Notes: generated from the letters alone by a model not told the origin. Counted from the stretch's first letter, positions 37,634-47,752 are shown. The stretch: 64,000 nucleotides of DNA from Syntrophomonadaceae bacterium (GCA_003556225.1 PWRN01000027.1:10019-74018), one strand, 5' to 3'. Program-made: numbers and translations.

Positions 37634-38518
37634 CTAACTCTGGTTTAACCAGATCGCTGCCTCAACGGTATTATAAAGCAGCATGGTGACGGTCATCGGG
37701 CCTACTCCCCCCGGTACCGGGGTAATATAAGAAGCTTTTTCCGCAACGGGTTCATAATCAACGTCTCCAGCCAGGCGGAAACCGCTCTTTTTCGATGAAT
37801 CTGGAACACGATTAACACCGACGTCAATCACCACGGTGCCTTCGTTTACCATATCTGCCGTGATCGCATTTGGACGCCCCATGGCAGCCACCAAAATATC
37901 CGCTTGCTTGGTATAATAGCTGATGTCCTTGGCCCCGGTATGAACCACGGTAACGACGGCATTGGCCCCTTCTGCTTTTTGCATTAAAATCGCGGCTAAA
38001 GGTTTTCCAACAATATTGCTGCGTCCACAAACAACGACGTGTTTCCCGGCGGGATCATTCCCGGAGCGGACCAGGAGCTGCTTTACGCCGTGGGGCGTGC
38101 AGGGTAGGGGACAGGGCTCTCCCCGCAGCAATTTGCCCAGGTTAACGGGATGAAAACCGTCTACATCTTTTTCCGGTGAAATATAACCGATGACGCGGTC
38201 AACGCTGATGTGGTCCGGTAGGGGAAGCTGGACAAGAATACCACTGATTTTCGGGTCCTTGTTCAGTCCATCAACGGTCTTCAATACCTCTTCTTCTGTC
38301 GCATCTGCCGGCAGTCGAATGGTCTCTTCATACAAGCCGATCTCTTCGCATCCCTTTGCTTTGCTGGTGACATACGAAACCGAAGCGGGATCTTCACCCA
38401 CAAGCACGACACCCAGTCCGGGAACAATACCCTTCTCCTTCAATTCAGCGACTTTTTGCTTTAACTCTCCCCTGATTTCTTCTGCGACCTGTTTTCCGGA
38501 AATAACTTTTGCTGCCAT
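37634..38518 (-). CDS. folD: FolD paralogue 1 (methylene-THF dehydrogenase/methenyl-THF cyclohydrolase)
   Basis: SYVTSK, GILVQLPLP, KDVDGFHP, PCTP, GRSNIVGKP, IDVG.NR, TPVPGGVGPMT. Confidence 0.96.
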   Translation of the reverse strand: MAAKVISGKQVAEEIRGELKQKVAELKEKGIVPGLGVVLVGEDPASVSYVTSKAKGCEEIGLYEETIRLPADATEEEVLKTVDGLNKDPKISGILVQLPLPDHISVDRVIGYISPEKDVDGFHPVNLGKLLRGEPCPLPCTPHGVKQLLVRSGNDPAGKHVVVCGRSNIVGKPLAAILMQKAEGANAVVTVVHTGAKDISYYTKQADILVAAMGRPNAITADMVNEGTVVIDVGVNRVPDSSKKSGFRLAGDVDYEPVAEKASYITPVPGGVGPMTVTMLLYNTVEAAIWLNQS

Positions 38519-38547
38519 TGTTCAACCTCCTTGATTTTATAATATCC

Positions 38548-41500
38548 TTATGCTTGAAGACCTTTTTCCTCAAAATACTGCACGAACCATTTTTCTACGC
38601 TATCCACCCATTTCTCCGCCTGGAATGCAGCCACGTGATTAAGGGGTAAGCTGAAGGCAATCTTGCCTTTCGCCTGCGCAAAATCCTGGACGGTACAAAT
38701 GGGTCGCCCCCCCGGCCAGAAATAGCCTTCATCCGCGGCATCCAGGGTTGTGCCTTTAAAGATGGGCGCCAGGGTGCGGATTTCTTCCCAAACATCTTCC
38801 AGGGATTTGATTTTTTGTTGATAGCCCATGTATTCCATCAGCTTGATGAGTATTTCCCAGTTTTCTCGGCCCGTCAGCGGCTTTATGGCCGGATTGATTT
38901 TTTGGATCAAGCGCTCGCTGTTGGTGTAACTTCCCGTGGTTTCTGCAAAAGAAGCGGCCGGAAGAACGACATCGGCTTTTTTTGCAATCTCCGTCAAAAA
39001 AAGATCCTGCACGACCAGCAGTTCAGCCTGGGCCAGTTTGTCGATCCAGGCGCTCTTAATATCTTCGCCGAAAACGAAAACACCTTTAATGGTCTTCTTT
39101 TCCAGCCCTTCCAGGACCTGCTGCGTGTTTTTCCCTGCTGCCGGGGGAACCTCTGTCTTCCACTTATCGGAGAACTTGCTGCGGATCTCGGGATCGTCCG
39201 CCTGCTGGTAACCGGTTAAATAACGGGTCGAAACACCCATATCCAGCATACCCTGGCTGTTGCACCGCTCCCGCAGGAAGATAATGCCGCGGCGAGGTTT
39301 ACCAACTTTTCCAAGCAGGGTCACAAAGCCGGCCAACAGCTGCGCCGCTTCCGGGGCCAGGTTATTGCTCCCCATGACCAGCATGGGAGTCTTCGCGGCG
39401 GCATAGCGCTCCACCAGGTCGGCAATATCTTGTTCTGTTATCCCGCTGCCGGAGAGCAGCTCATCCATGGATTGCTTACTCAGCCAGGCCTCCAGGGTGG
39501 CAAAATTCTCTGTGTACTCTTGCACGAAGGCCTGGTCTACCAACCCTTTTTCTTTTAAATAAAGGAGCAGGGCGGCAAACAGGGAAACCGAAGCCTGGTC
39601 CTCGGCCTTTAAAAATCGGGCGGCGTACTTCTTCAACTTCACGTCTCGATTGTCGACCACCCATAATGTTGCCCCTTTCTCCACCGCTTGCTTGATTTTC
39701 AAGGCGGCGATGGGATAGTCAGGAAAATCCGCGCCCACGGTCAGGATAAAGTCCGCCGTGCCAATTTCTTCGTACGAGTTGGTCGATGCGTCCCAACCGA
39801 ACATTTCTGCCAGGGGATTTACAGGTTCCGCTGTGCTGTTAATGTTGTTTGTTCCCAGGGTTGCCCGGGCAAACTTCTGGATGAGATAGCTTTCTTCATT
39901 ACTGTGCCTGGGGCTGGAAAAAACAGCCAGGCTTTCTCCTCCAAAACGGGCCTTCAGGGATTTAAACTTCTTGGTAATATGCACCAGCGCATCTTCCCAG
40001 GAGGTTTCCCTTAGTTGTCCGTTTTCACGGATCAGGGGCTTGCGAATCCGCTCCGGGCTGTTGACGTATTCGAAACCAAACCGACCTCGTTTACAGAGTA
40101 ACCCCTGGTTGACCGGGCCTTCCCCGGGCACAACCCGGGCCAGCGTATCCCCGATCGTTTCAATGTTAATGCTGCATCCCACCCCGCAATATCCACAGGT
40201 GGAAGCCGTATGCTTCAGTTCCCAGGGGGCCGGCTTGGTGAAAGGCATCCGCTCAACCAGGGCTCCCGTGGGACAAACCGCCACGCACTGCCCGCACGTG
40301 ACACAACTGGTTTCTTCCAGGGGGAGGTCCAGCGAGGGGCTAACATAGGCATCAAATCCCCGGTTCACCAGCCCCAATGCTTCGGCACCGATCACCTCTG
40401 CACAGGTTCGCACACAAAGGCCGCAGAGGATGCATTTATTGGGTTCACGGAAAATGAAGGGATGTTCTTCATTTTCGTAATCGTGTTTTTCACCCATGAT
40501 TCTCTCGGGATGGGCATCGTATTCCGTCGCATAAGATCTCAGCCTGCATTCAAAAACATCCAGGCAGCCACACTCCAGGCAGCGCTCCCCGTCCTTGGAA
40601 GCGCTCTCCGGCGTTAATCCTTTCTCCACTTCCCGGAAATTTTTCACGCGGACTTCCGCGGGGACCAGGGGCATCTTGACTTTTTCCACGGTCTCCAGGT
40701 CAGCAAAATCTTCCTCGGTAAGCCCTTCCTTGATAATATTATAGTGCGTCTTGTAGGGCATGACCTCTCCGTTTAAGTAATGATTGACAACCTCTGCCGC
40801 TCGTTTTCCGGCGGCAATGGCATCAATAGCAATGGCCGGGCCGGTCACAGCATCACCGCCAGCGAAAACCCCGGGCACGTTGGTCAAGAACGTATCTTCC
40901 TGAATATCGATGGTATTCCATTTATTGGTTCCCACATCATCTTTGATCTTGTCAATCACAACGTCCTGGCCGATGGCAGCGATAATCGTGTCCACTTCCA
41001 CGGTAAAAAAGGAATCGGGAATGGGAACGGGGCGGCGCCTTCCGGATTCGTCGGGTTCCCCGAGTTCCATTCTCTGGCAGACCACCCGCTGCGCCTGGCC
41101 CTCGCCCTCAATCTGCACGGGGTTGGCCAGCAGGTGCAGTTCAACGCCTTCTTCATCGGCTTCGATGACTTCAATTTCCTGTGCAGGCATTTGTTCCCGG
41201 GCCCTGCGGTAGATCACCATCACCTGGTCAGCGCCGAGACGCTTGGCAGTGCGGGCGGCGTCCATGGCCGTGTTCCCGCCGCCAATAACTGCAACCTTGC
41301 TCCCCAGGGTCACTTCTTCATTTAACATCACGGCCCTTAAGAACTCGGTGCCGCCCTGCACGCCCGGCATATCCTCGCCCGGCACACCCATCCTGCGGCT
41401 GTTTTGAGCTCCAATGGCCAGGTAGACTGCGTCGTAACCGTTCTTGAAAAGGTAGTCGATGGTGAAATCTTCTCCCAGCTGCAGCCCTGTCTTGGCCTCC

Positions 41501-42273
41501 ACGCCCAGGTCCAGCACCAGCTGGATTTCCGCGCCCAAGACAGCCTTGGGGAGCCTGTACTCTGGAATACCATAGCGCAGCATCCCTCCCAGCTCGGGCA
41601 GGGCTTCAAAAATGGTCACCTGGTGCCCGCTGCGCCTCAAGAAATACGCCGCAGTAATGCCGGCAGGCCCTGACCCGACCACGGCGACTTTCTTGCCCGT
41701 TTCAGGAGCCACGGCAGGCAGGTAGGGTTCTTCACTGGCCAGGTCCAGGTCCCCGATCAACCGCTTCATGTAGCGAATGGCCACGGGTCCTTCCTTCAAG
41801 TTGCGCCGGCAGTCTTCCTCGCAGGGAGCAGGGCAAACCCGACCGATAGAAGCCGGAATGGGCATGAACTCCTTGACCAGGATCAAGGCATCCCGGTACT
41901 GCTTGTTGGCGACCAGGGCGGCATATCCCTGGGCATCACAGTTGGCGGGACAGGCCATGACACATGGAGCCCGACAGTCCCCGCTGTGATCAGAGAGAAT
42001 AAGTTCCAAGGCCAGCTTGCGGGCCTTGCGAATTTTTTCATTTTCCGTTTGAACCACCATGCCATCTGTTACTTTTGTTGCACAGGCTCTCAGCAACCTG
42101 GGCATCCCTTCGATCTCTACCAGGCACAGGCCGCAAGAAGCATAGACATCCGTATTGCCACTGAAACATAGCGTCGGAATATGAATACCGTGTTCCGTCG
42201 CGATATCCAATACGGTTTGGTCCGAAAGGCCGGCAAGTTCACGGCCATTGATATTTAGTCTGACTTGACTCAT
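38548..42273 (-). CDS. StnC-like large subunit: NuoG-type 2Fe-2S + GltD/NfnB-like FAD/NADPH domain + 4Fe-4S clusters + non-catalytic Fdh/NuoG-like domain
   Basis: IPTLC..C.LC..C; APC..ACP and GRVCPAPCE; GSGPAG; GGGNTAMD..YRR; CILCGLCVRTC; CVTCGQCVAVC; CGYCGVGC; the Fdh active-site Cys/Sec region reads TNNINSTAEP. Confidence 0.85.
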   Translation of the reverse strand: MSQVRLNINGRELAGLSDQTVLDIATEHGIHIPTLCFSGNTDVYASCGLCLVEIEGMPRLLRACATKVTDGMVVQTENEKIRKARKLALELILSDHSGDCRAPCVMACPANCDAQGYAALVANKQYRDALILVKEFMPIPASIGRVCPAPCEEDCRRNLKEGPVAIRYMKRLIGDLDLASEEPYLPAVAPETGKKVAVVGSGPAGITAAYFLRRSGHQVTIFEALPELGGMLRYGIPEYRLPKAVLGAEIQLVLDLGVEAKTGLQLGEDFTIDYLFKNGYDAVYLAIGAQNSRRMGVPGEDMPGVQGGTEFLRAVMLNEEVTLGSKVAVIGGGNTAMDAARTAKRLGADQVMVIYRRAREQMPAQEIEVIEADEEGVELHLLANPVQIEGEGQAQRVVCQRMELGEPDESGRRRPVPIPDSFFTVEVDTIIAAIGQDVVIDKIKDDVGTNKWNTIDIQEDTFLTNVPGVFAGGDAVTGPAIAIDAIAAGKRAAEVVNHYLNGEVMPYKTHYNIIKEGLTEEDFADLETVEKVKMPLVPAEVRVKNFREVEKGLTPESASKDGERCLECGCLDVFECRLRSYATEYDAHPERIMGEKHDYENEEHPFIFREPNKCILCGLCVRTCAEVIGAEALGLVNRGFDAYVSPSLDLPLEETSCVTCGQCVAVCPTGALVERMPFTKPAPWELKHTASTCGYCGVGCSINIETIGDTLARVVPGEGPVNQGLLCKRGRFGFEYVNSPERIRKPLIRENGQLRETSWEDALVHITKKFKSLKARFGGESLAVFSSPRHSNEESYLIQKFARATLGTNNINSTAEPVNPLAEMFGWDASTNSYEEIGTADFILTVGADFPDYPIAALKIKQAVEKGATLWVVDNRDVKLKKYAARFLKAEDQASVSLFAALLLYLKEKGLVDQAFVQEYTENFATLEAWLSKQSMDELLSGSGITEQDIADLVERYAAAKTPMLVMGSNNLAPEAAQLLAGFVTLLGKVGKPRRGIIFLRERCNSQGMLDMGVSTRYLTGYQQADDPEIRSKFSDKWKTEVPPAAGKNTQQVLEGLEKKTIKGVFVFGEDIKSAWIDKLAQAELLVVQDLFLTEIAKKADVVLPAASFAETTGSYTNSERLIQKINPAIKPLTGRENWEILIKLMEYMGYQQKIKSLEDVWEEIRTLAPIFKGTTLDAADEGYFWPGGRPICTVQDFAQAKGKIAFSLPLNHVAAFQAEKWVDSVEKWFVQYFEEKGLQA

Positions 42274-42331
42274 GCGCTTAACTCCACCCCTTTACTGTTA
42301 AATATGAACATGGTTTTGAGCACTTTTTTTA

Positions 42332-44110
42332 TTATTCCACGATTACCGAGTCAAAATTACAGGCATCGAAGCAGTTCCCGCACTTTATGCACTTTTCCTG
42401 TTCGATCACGTGCACTTCCTTCTTCTCACCCGTAATCGCTTCCGTGGGACAGCGCTTCACACAGCGCGTACAGCCGGTGCAGAGTTCCGGGTCAATGGTA
42501 TAGGTGAGCAGTTCGCGGCAAACCTTGGCCGGACACCGTTTATCCATGATATGGGCTTCGTATTCATCCCGGAAATAAAGCAGCGTCGATAAGACAGGAT
42601 TTGGTCCGGTTTGACCCAATCCACAAAGGGCCCCTTCCTTGACGTTCAAGGCAATTTCTTCCAGCAGCTCCAGTTCTTCGGGCTGAGATTTGCCCTCGGT
42701 GATCCTGTTTAAGATTTCCAGCATCCGTTTCGTTCCCAGGCGGCAGTGGACACATTTTCCGCAGGATTCGTTCTGGACAAAATTCAAGAAGAAACGGGCC
42801 ATATCCACCATGCAGGTCGTTTCGTCCATCACGATCATCCCACCGGAACCCATGATCGCTCCCGTTTTCACCAGGGATTCGTAGTCAACGGAAGTATCCA
42901 GCAAACTCTCTGGAACACACCCACCCGAGGGGCCACCCAGCTGGACGCCTTTGAATTTCTTATCGTCCCTGATGCCTCCGCCTACTCCAAAGATGACGTC
43001 CCGCAAGGAGATACCCATGGGAACTTCGATCAAGCCCCCCCGCTTCATCTTACCGGCCAGGGCAAACACCTTTGTTCCCTTGCTTTTTTCCGTTCCAAAG
43101 GCAGCGAATTTTTCTGCGCCGTTGTAGATGATCCAGGGCACGTTGGCAAAGGTTTCCACGTTGTTGATGCAAGTGGGTTTCTGCCATAATCCCTTCTCCG
43201 CCGGGAAGGGGGGTTTTAAGCGCGGCATCCCGCGCTCTCCTTCCAGGGAGGCGATCAGTGCGGTTTCTTCACCGCATACAAAGGCTCCCGCCCCTTTCTT
43301 GATCTTCATGTGAAACGAAAAGTCTGTCCCGAGAATGTTGTCTCCCAGCAAGCCGGCTTCCTTTGCGTCTTTCATCGCGATTTCCAGGCGGGTAATGGCC
43401 AGGGGATATTCGGCCCGAACATAAACATGACCTTCATTTGAACCGACAGCATAGGCAGCCAGTAGCATTCCTTCCACGATGGCGTGCGGATCACCCTCAA
43501 TGATACTACGGTCCATGAAGGCCCCGGGGTCTCCTTCATCGGCGTTGCAGACAATGTACTTTTTATCTCCCGGGTTTTGCCGGGTAAAGCGCCATTTTAA
43601 ACCAGTGGGAAAACCGGCTCCGCCCCGCCCCCGCAGGCCGGATTTTAGAACTTCTTCGATCACATCTTCGGGGGTCATTTCTTTCAATGCTTTTTCCAGG
43701 GCCTTGTACCCGTCGCGTTCCCTGTATTCTTCCAGGGATTCCGGGTTGATGATGCCGCAATTGCGCAGGGAAATGCGGTTTTGGGTCCCCACAACCCCCT
43801 CCCTTTCCTCGTTCATGAGCAGGTCAGCCACGGGTTGACCCTGAACCAGGTGCTCATTCACGATGCGGGCGGCATTTTCTTCTGTGACGTCACCGTAAGA
43901 AAAAAGCTTGCCATCGGGCGTGATCACATCCACGATGGGTTCGCGGTAGCACATCCCGACACAGCCGGTTTTTTCCAGGGATACATCGATGTCAGCTTTT
44001 TCCAGCTCTTTTTCCAGCACATCGTACGTCTTGTACCCACCGGCGGCAATCCCGCAGGTACTGAGTCCTACTTTGACTAAAGTTTTATCGTGATCGTGCA
44101 ATACAGACAC
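42332..44110 (-). CDS. NuoF/HydB-like NADH-binding flavo-Fe-S subunit (StnB-like)
   Basis: N-terminal thioredoxin-like 2Fe-2S (C..TGC.G.C..EP), SGLRGRGGAGFPTG.KW, CNADEGDPGAFMDR, GAFVCGEETAL, ESCGKC..CR.G, two C-terminal 4Fe-4S motifs. Confidence 0.92.
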   Translation of the reverse strand: MSVLHDHDKTLVKVGLSTCGIAAGGYKTYDVLEKELEKADIDVSLEKTGCVGMCYREPIVDVITPDGKLFSYGDVTEENAARIVNEHLVQGQPVADLLMNEEREGVVGTQNRISLRNCGIINPESLEEYRERDGYKALEKALKEMTPEDVIEEVLKSGLRGRGGAGFPTGLKWRFTRQNPGDKKYIVCNADEGDPGAFMDRSIIEGDPHAIVEGMLLAAYAVGSNEGHVYVRAEYPLAITRLEIAMKDAKEAGLLGDNILGTDFSFHMKIKKGAGAFVCGEETALIASLEGERGMPRLKPPFPAEKGLWQKPTCINNVETFANVPWIIYNGAEKFAAFGTEKSKGTKVFALAGKMKRGGLIEVPMGISLRDVIFGVGGGIRDDKKFKGVQLGGPSGGCVPESLLDTSVDYESLVKTGAIMGSGGMIVMDETTCMVDMARFFLNFVQNESCGKCVHCRLGTKRMLEILNRITEGKSQPEELELLEEIALNVKEGALCGLGQTGPNPVLSTLLYFRDEYEAHIMDKRCPAKVCRELLTYTIDPELCTGCTRCVKRCPTEAITGEKKEVHVIEQEKCIKCGNCFDACNFDSVIVE

Positions 44111-44133
44111 CTCCCAGGTCCCTTTGCTTTGGA

Positions 44134-44652
44134 TTATTCATTTTCATTTTGCTCATCTGTTTTTCCTCGAAAATCCTTCAATATCTTACGGGTCGACTTT
44201 GGTGTTAACATCGCATAGGTTTCACCATCAATTAACATCACCGGGGAAAGACTGCAGCAGCCAATACAGGCGACTTCTTCATAAGTAAACAATCCATCAC
44301 CGGTTGTTTCCCCGCCTTTAATACCCAGCTCATCCGTGATCGTATTACCCACCAGCTTTGCGCCGTTAACATGGCAGGCCGTGCCAACGCATAGCATGAT
44401 GGTGTGCTTCCCCTTGGGCTGCAGGCGAAACTGGGCATAAAAAGTGGCGATGCCGTAAATTTTTGCGGGTGACACCCCCAGCTGATCACCGAGATACCCG
44501 ATGCCTTCTTTAGGAACGTAATCAAGTGCTTCCTGGATGTCCTGGAGGATCGGAATGATCGCACTGGGATCGCCCTTGTACGTATCCAGGACGCGGTCAA
44601 TCGTTTCATAAGGTATGGCTTCGGACTCCAGGGATTTCTCTGTTGCGGCCAT
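44134..44652 (-). CDS. NuoE/HydC-like 2Fe-2S subunit (StnA-like)
   Basis: IPILQ.IQ, YG.ATFY.QF...P.G.H.I..C.GTACHV.GA, VACIGCCSL.P. Confidence 0.92.
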   Translation of the reverse strand: MAATEKSLESEAIPYETIDRVLDTYKGDPSAIIPILQDIQEALDYVPKEGIGYLGDQLGVSPAKIYGIATFYAQFRLQPKGKHTIMLCVGTACHVNGAKLVGNTITDELGIKGGETTGDGLFTYEEVACIGCCSLSPVMLIDGETYAMLTPKSTRKILKDFRGKTDEQNENE

Positions 44653-44810
44653 AAAAACAACTCCTTTTCTAATATAGTTCAAAAAGATTGACGCATTGTT
44701 TCAAGTAAAATGCAAAAAAAGAACAAGCAGCGTGAAACCTGGACGAAACAACAGTACTGCTAATTGATCCTTCGAGATGGTAAAAATATTTTTAAATTTA
44801 TAATTTAAAA

Positions 44811-44835
44811 TTTCGTCGCCAAGCGGAAATATCCT
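44811..44835 (-). promoter_or_regulatory. SigH-like promoter upstream of the stn-folD operon
   Basis: AGGATAT..., AGGA-17 nt-GAAA on the minus strand, followed by an AT-rich tract. Confidence 0.45.
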
Positions 44836-44869
44836 CTCTCCCCCTAAAATTCGCAATATTCTTTCTTGA

Positions 44870-45823
44870 TTATGCTGTGCTCAGCAGTTGTACTGCCAGC
44901 AGCGCCGGACCGACAGCGCTGTCCCCGGCAAAACGCGGTGAAGGAAAATAGAACGAGAGCGAGGGAAGGCCTTCCATCAATCTCCTGCGAATAAAGGCGT
45001 TGGAGGCAACTCCCCCCACCACCAGGACCTCCTGGAGCGCTTTGTCATCGGCGGCCCTCCGCAGCACTTCGATCAAGCTGTGGGCGATGGCAACTTCGAC
45101 TCCCCGGGCAGCCTCAGCAGCCGGAGCGCCGCCTTCCAGAGCCCTTTCCACAAAGGTAGCGGGCCCTGAAAAGCTAATGTCATATCCTTTGACAGAAACG
45201 GGGACTTTTAAACCACCCTGGGTATTCCCGGCCGCCAGCTTCTCCAGCTCTCTACCCGCTGGAAAAGAAAGACCGAGCTTCACGCCCACTCGATCAATAA
45301 ACTGCCCCGCATTCAAATCATTGGTGCCGCCCAGCAGATGAATATCCATGCCGCGCCGCGGGTTCCTCACAGCTTCGACCAGTTCCGTCGTCCCGCCGGA
45401 AAGGTGCAGGGATAAAAAATGGTTCGAAGGGCATTTGGAGTTCCAGAAACCTGTCTCAATATGTCCTTCCTGGTGACTGAAGCCATAAAACGGAACTTGC
45501 AAAAAAGAGGCCAGACAGCGACCGTAACTTTCACCCACCTGGAAAACCGGCATGTAAGAACCTTCCAGGGGGCGAGGCTTCACAGAGGCGGCAATGCAGC
45601 GGATGGAAACACCCTGGAGCTTCGAAAAAATGTCTTCCCAGATTTCAGGCATGTTTTTGATATGCTGAAACACCGCCTCGGATTGCCGTAAGCCCTTTCC
45701 CCCCTTGATCACCTCTAGCGTGATCCTCTTTTCCTGGACCAGCACCGCTTCCTGGTCGGGTTCTTTCTGCAGCACGGCCAGGGATGTAACATAATTCGAG
45801 GTATCAATGCCAAGGATGTACAT
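44870..45823 (-). CDS. TsaD/Kae1-like ASKHA protein (O-sialoglycoprotein endopeptidase-like family found after nusB)
   Basis: LGIDTSNY.TS, GLRQSEAVFQH, SHQEGH, HLSGGTTE, D..AGQF.DR.G, VGGVASN. Confidence 0.85.
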   Translation of the reverse strand: MYILGIDTSNYVTSLAVLQKEPDQEAVLVQEKRITLEVIKGGKGLRQSEAVFQHIKNMPEIWEDIFSKLQGVSIRCIAASVKPRPLEGSYMPVFQVGESYGRCLASFLQVPFYGFSHQEGHIETGFWNSKCPSNHFLSLHLSGGTTELVEAVRNPRRGMDIHLLGGTNDLNAGQFIDRVGVKLGLSFPAGRELEKLAAGNTQGGLKVPVSVKGYDISFSGPATFVERALEGGAPAAEAARGVEVAIAHSLIEVLRRAADDKALQEVLVVGGVASNAFIRRRLMEGLPSLSFYFPSPRFAGDSAVGPALLAVQLLSTA

Positions 45824-45824
45824 G

Positions 45825-46235
45825 CTAAAATTCTCCTTTTAGGTGTTTCCTGATCCTGTCGAGAACACCATTGACAAAACGACTCGCTTCTTCATCCTGG
45901 TAGATTTTGGCCAGTTCGATGGCTTCGTTAATGGATACCTTTTCCGGAATTTCCTCAACATACATGATCTCATAAATTCCGATGCGCAGGATATTGCGCA
46001 CCACGGGTGAGAGTCGATCCAGTTTCCAGTTGATTAAATGTTCCTTCAATATGCGGTCCAGTTCACCGCGGTGTTGTAAAATTCCCTGGAAAGAAGAACG
46101 AAAGTAGGCCGTTTCCTGGGCTCGTTCAGCTATTCCCTGCAGAAAATAGTTCTCCACGTCTTCCGGTTCATTTTCTCCAATCTCAATCATAAAGAGCGCT
46201 TTAAATAAATTTTCCCTGGCCCTCCTCCGCTTCAA
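45825..46235 (-). CDS. nusB: transcription antitermination factor NusB
   Basis: RRRARE..., W.L.RL..V.R.ILR...YEI, VSINEAIELAK.Y, FVNGVLD. Confidence 0.96.
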   Translation of the reverse strand: MKRRRARENLFKALFMIEIGENEPEDVENYFLQGIAERAQETAYFRSSFQGILQHRGELDRILKEHLINWKLDRLSPVVRNILRIGIYEIMYVEEIPEKVSINEAIELAKIYQDEEASRFVNGVLDRIRKHLKGEF

Positions 46236-46282
46236 CGCATGAACTCCCTTCTCAACACAAAAAAATCCCCCTGGCGGCAGTC

Positions 46283-46507
46283 TTAATAGGGATCTCTCCT
46301 GTTCCAGAATCTATACACCAATCGCTGTAAGCTTTCCTGCTTCTCAATCCTGGCTCCCAGGTATACACCCACCAGCACGCAGAGAATGATAAAGATCCCT
46401 GTCCAAAAACCAAACAGGGCGATGGTCAGGGCGACGATCAGGCCGATCAAGCCTCCCAGAACTTTCCCCCAATTTTCAGAAACAAAATGATAAAGGCTCT
46501 CTTTCAA
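46283..46507 (-). CDS. DUF2273 small membrane protein
   Basis: GK.LGG.IGL......FGFW...FI; position between amaP and nusB. Confidence 0.85.
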   Translation of the reverse strand: MKESLYHFVSENWGKVLGGLIGLIVALTIALFGFWTGIFIILCVLVGVYLGARIEKQESLQRLVYRFWNRRDPY

Positions 46508-46522
46508 TGCGGTTTCACACCT

Positions 46523-47083
46523 TTAACGAACATTTTTTTGAACCTTCTCATGGGCTATGTTTTCTACTAATACCTTGATTTCAGCAACATTGTAGCCGCT
46601 GATTTCCTGGACGTACGCCTTAACCTTCTCCTGCAGCTCCGAGGCGAGTCCGGGGATGGGGATATCGGGGATGGGTTGAATGCGCAAATAGATCACGAGG
46701 CCTTGTTCTGTAGATTCTGTCCTGGTGCTGACCTCCCGGATCCCTTTCACGGAACGAGCCGCCATTAAGACCATGTTTTCCACCGCTTTTAAAGAGATCC
46801 GCACCTCGCCCATTTCAGAAAAACTGGTCACGCTGCTAAATTCTTTCTCTTTCTCTTTCTCTTTCTTTGAGGTAAAGACCGCGATCAAAATAATGCCCAG
46901 CACGAACACAATAAAACCGAACAAGGTATAGCTGAAATTGCCTACAAGGAAGCCGAGATTGATACCCAGGAGAGCAACTTCACCCAGTAGACCAAAGGTT
47001 ACGAGGATAATGATAAGGCCGAACAGTGAAATCAGGACTCCCAGGAGCGTGTATAATAACTTCCTTACGGTTTGCATATGCAC
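46523..47083 (-). CDS. amaP: alkaline shock response membrane anchor AmaP
   Basis: Two N-terminal TMs, G.V.IS..A.E, ELQ.KVK.YV....G..V.EIKV.V; follows asp23. Confidence 0.82.
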   Translation of the reverse strand: MHMQTVRKLLYTLLGVLISLFGLIIILVTFGLLGEVALLGINLGFLVGNFSYTLFGFIVFVLGIILIAVFTSKKEKEKEKEFSSVTSFSEMGEVRISLKAVENMVLMAARSVKGIREVSTRTESTEQGLVIYLRIQPIPDIPIPGLASELQEKVKAYVQEISGYNVAEIKVLVENIAHEKVQKNVR

Positions 47084-47154
47084 TGTTCTCCTTTCCAAAT
47101 TTAAAGCTAACCTCCTGGATAAGTCCAGGAGGTCAGCCGTGCCTTAAAATATTA

Positions 47155-47550
47155 TTATTTTATTCCCTCTTCTTCCGTCTGTGCTTGTGGGAAGTTTACT
47201 CCCTGCACGTGCACATTGACCTTGATCACTTTCAAGCCGGTCATGGATTCGATGGCCTTTTTAACATTTTCTTGCACGGACCAGGCTACATCGGGAATCC
47301 TGGAGCCGTAACTAACGATTAAATACAAATCCACGGCGGCTTCTTCTTCCCCTACTTCAACTTTTACCCCCTTGGAGAGGTTCTTGCGACCTAAAGCTTC
47401 TGCAATACCTCCGACGATGCCACCGCTCATGTACGCGACACCCTCCACTTCCGTTGCAGCCAGTCCGGCAATGATTGAAACAACTTCATCGGCAATGCGA
47501 ATTGAGCCCAACTCTGAAGGGAGAGTCTTGCCTGCTTCAGCCATTTTCAT
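47155..47550 (-). CDS. Asp23/Gls24 family envelope stress protein (YqhY-like)
   Basis: G.I.IADEVV..IAG.AA.EVEGV, KGVKVEVGE, YG..IP.VA..VQ..VK..IE.MTGL.V..VNVHV. Confidence 0.93.
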   Translation of the reverse strand: MKMAEAGKTLPSELGSIRIADEVVSIIAGLAATEVEGVAYMSGGIVGGIAEALGRKNLSKGVKVEVGEEEAAVDLYLIVSYGSRIPDVAWSVQENVKKAIESMTGLKVIKVNVHVQGVNFPQAQTEEEGIK

Positions 47551-47591
47551 ACCTCCTTCTGATTAGTGTAATGGGCTTCGTAATCTTCTTA

Positions 47592-47620
47592 ATTATACCA
47601 AAAAGATCGCCTCACTTCAA
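47592..47620 (-). promoter_or_regulatory. sigma-A promoter for asp23-amaP-nusB
   Basis: TTGAAG (47615-47620), 17 bp, TG-G-TATAAT (47592-47597). Confidence 0.7.
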
Positions 47621-47678
47621 ACCTGTTTACTGCCCCCTGGCGCATTTTTATTCCGCAGGGAAAACGTCCTGTGCTCCA

Positions 47679-47712
47679 AGACAAAAGCGCTCTTTGCCGA
47701 GCGCTTTTGTCT
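47679..47712. terminator. intrinsic terminator hairpin (possibly bidirectional) after efp-CD1247-like gene
   Basis: Perfect 14-bp IR AGACAAAAGCGCTC-tttgcc-GAGCGCTTTTGTCT. Confidence 0.75.
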
Positions 47713-47752
47713 AAATCTCGGGCCAACGAAAAACCTTTCGCGAAGAAACCGT

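Noticed and set aside
38548..42273. Formate dehydrogenase, [FeFe]-hydrogenase or a selenoprotein
   Set aside because: No catalytic Cys/Sec-His motif, no in-frame TGA and no H-cluster motifs; it has a GltD-like insertion instead
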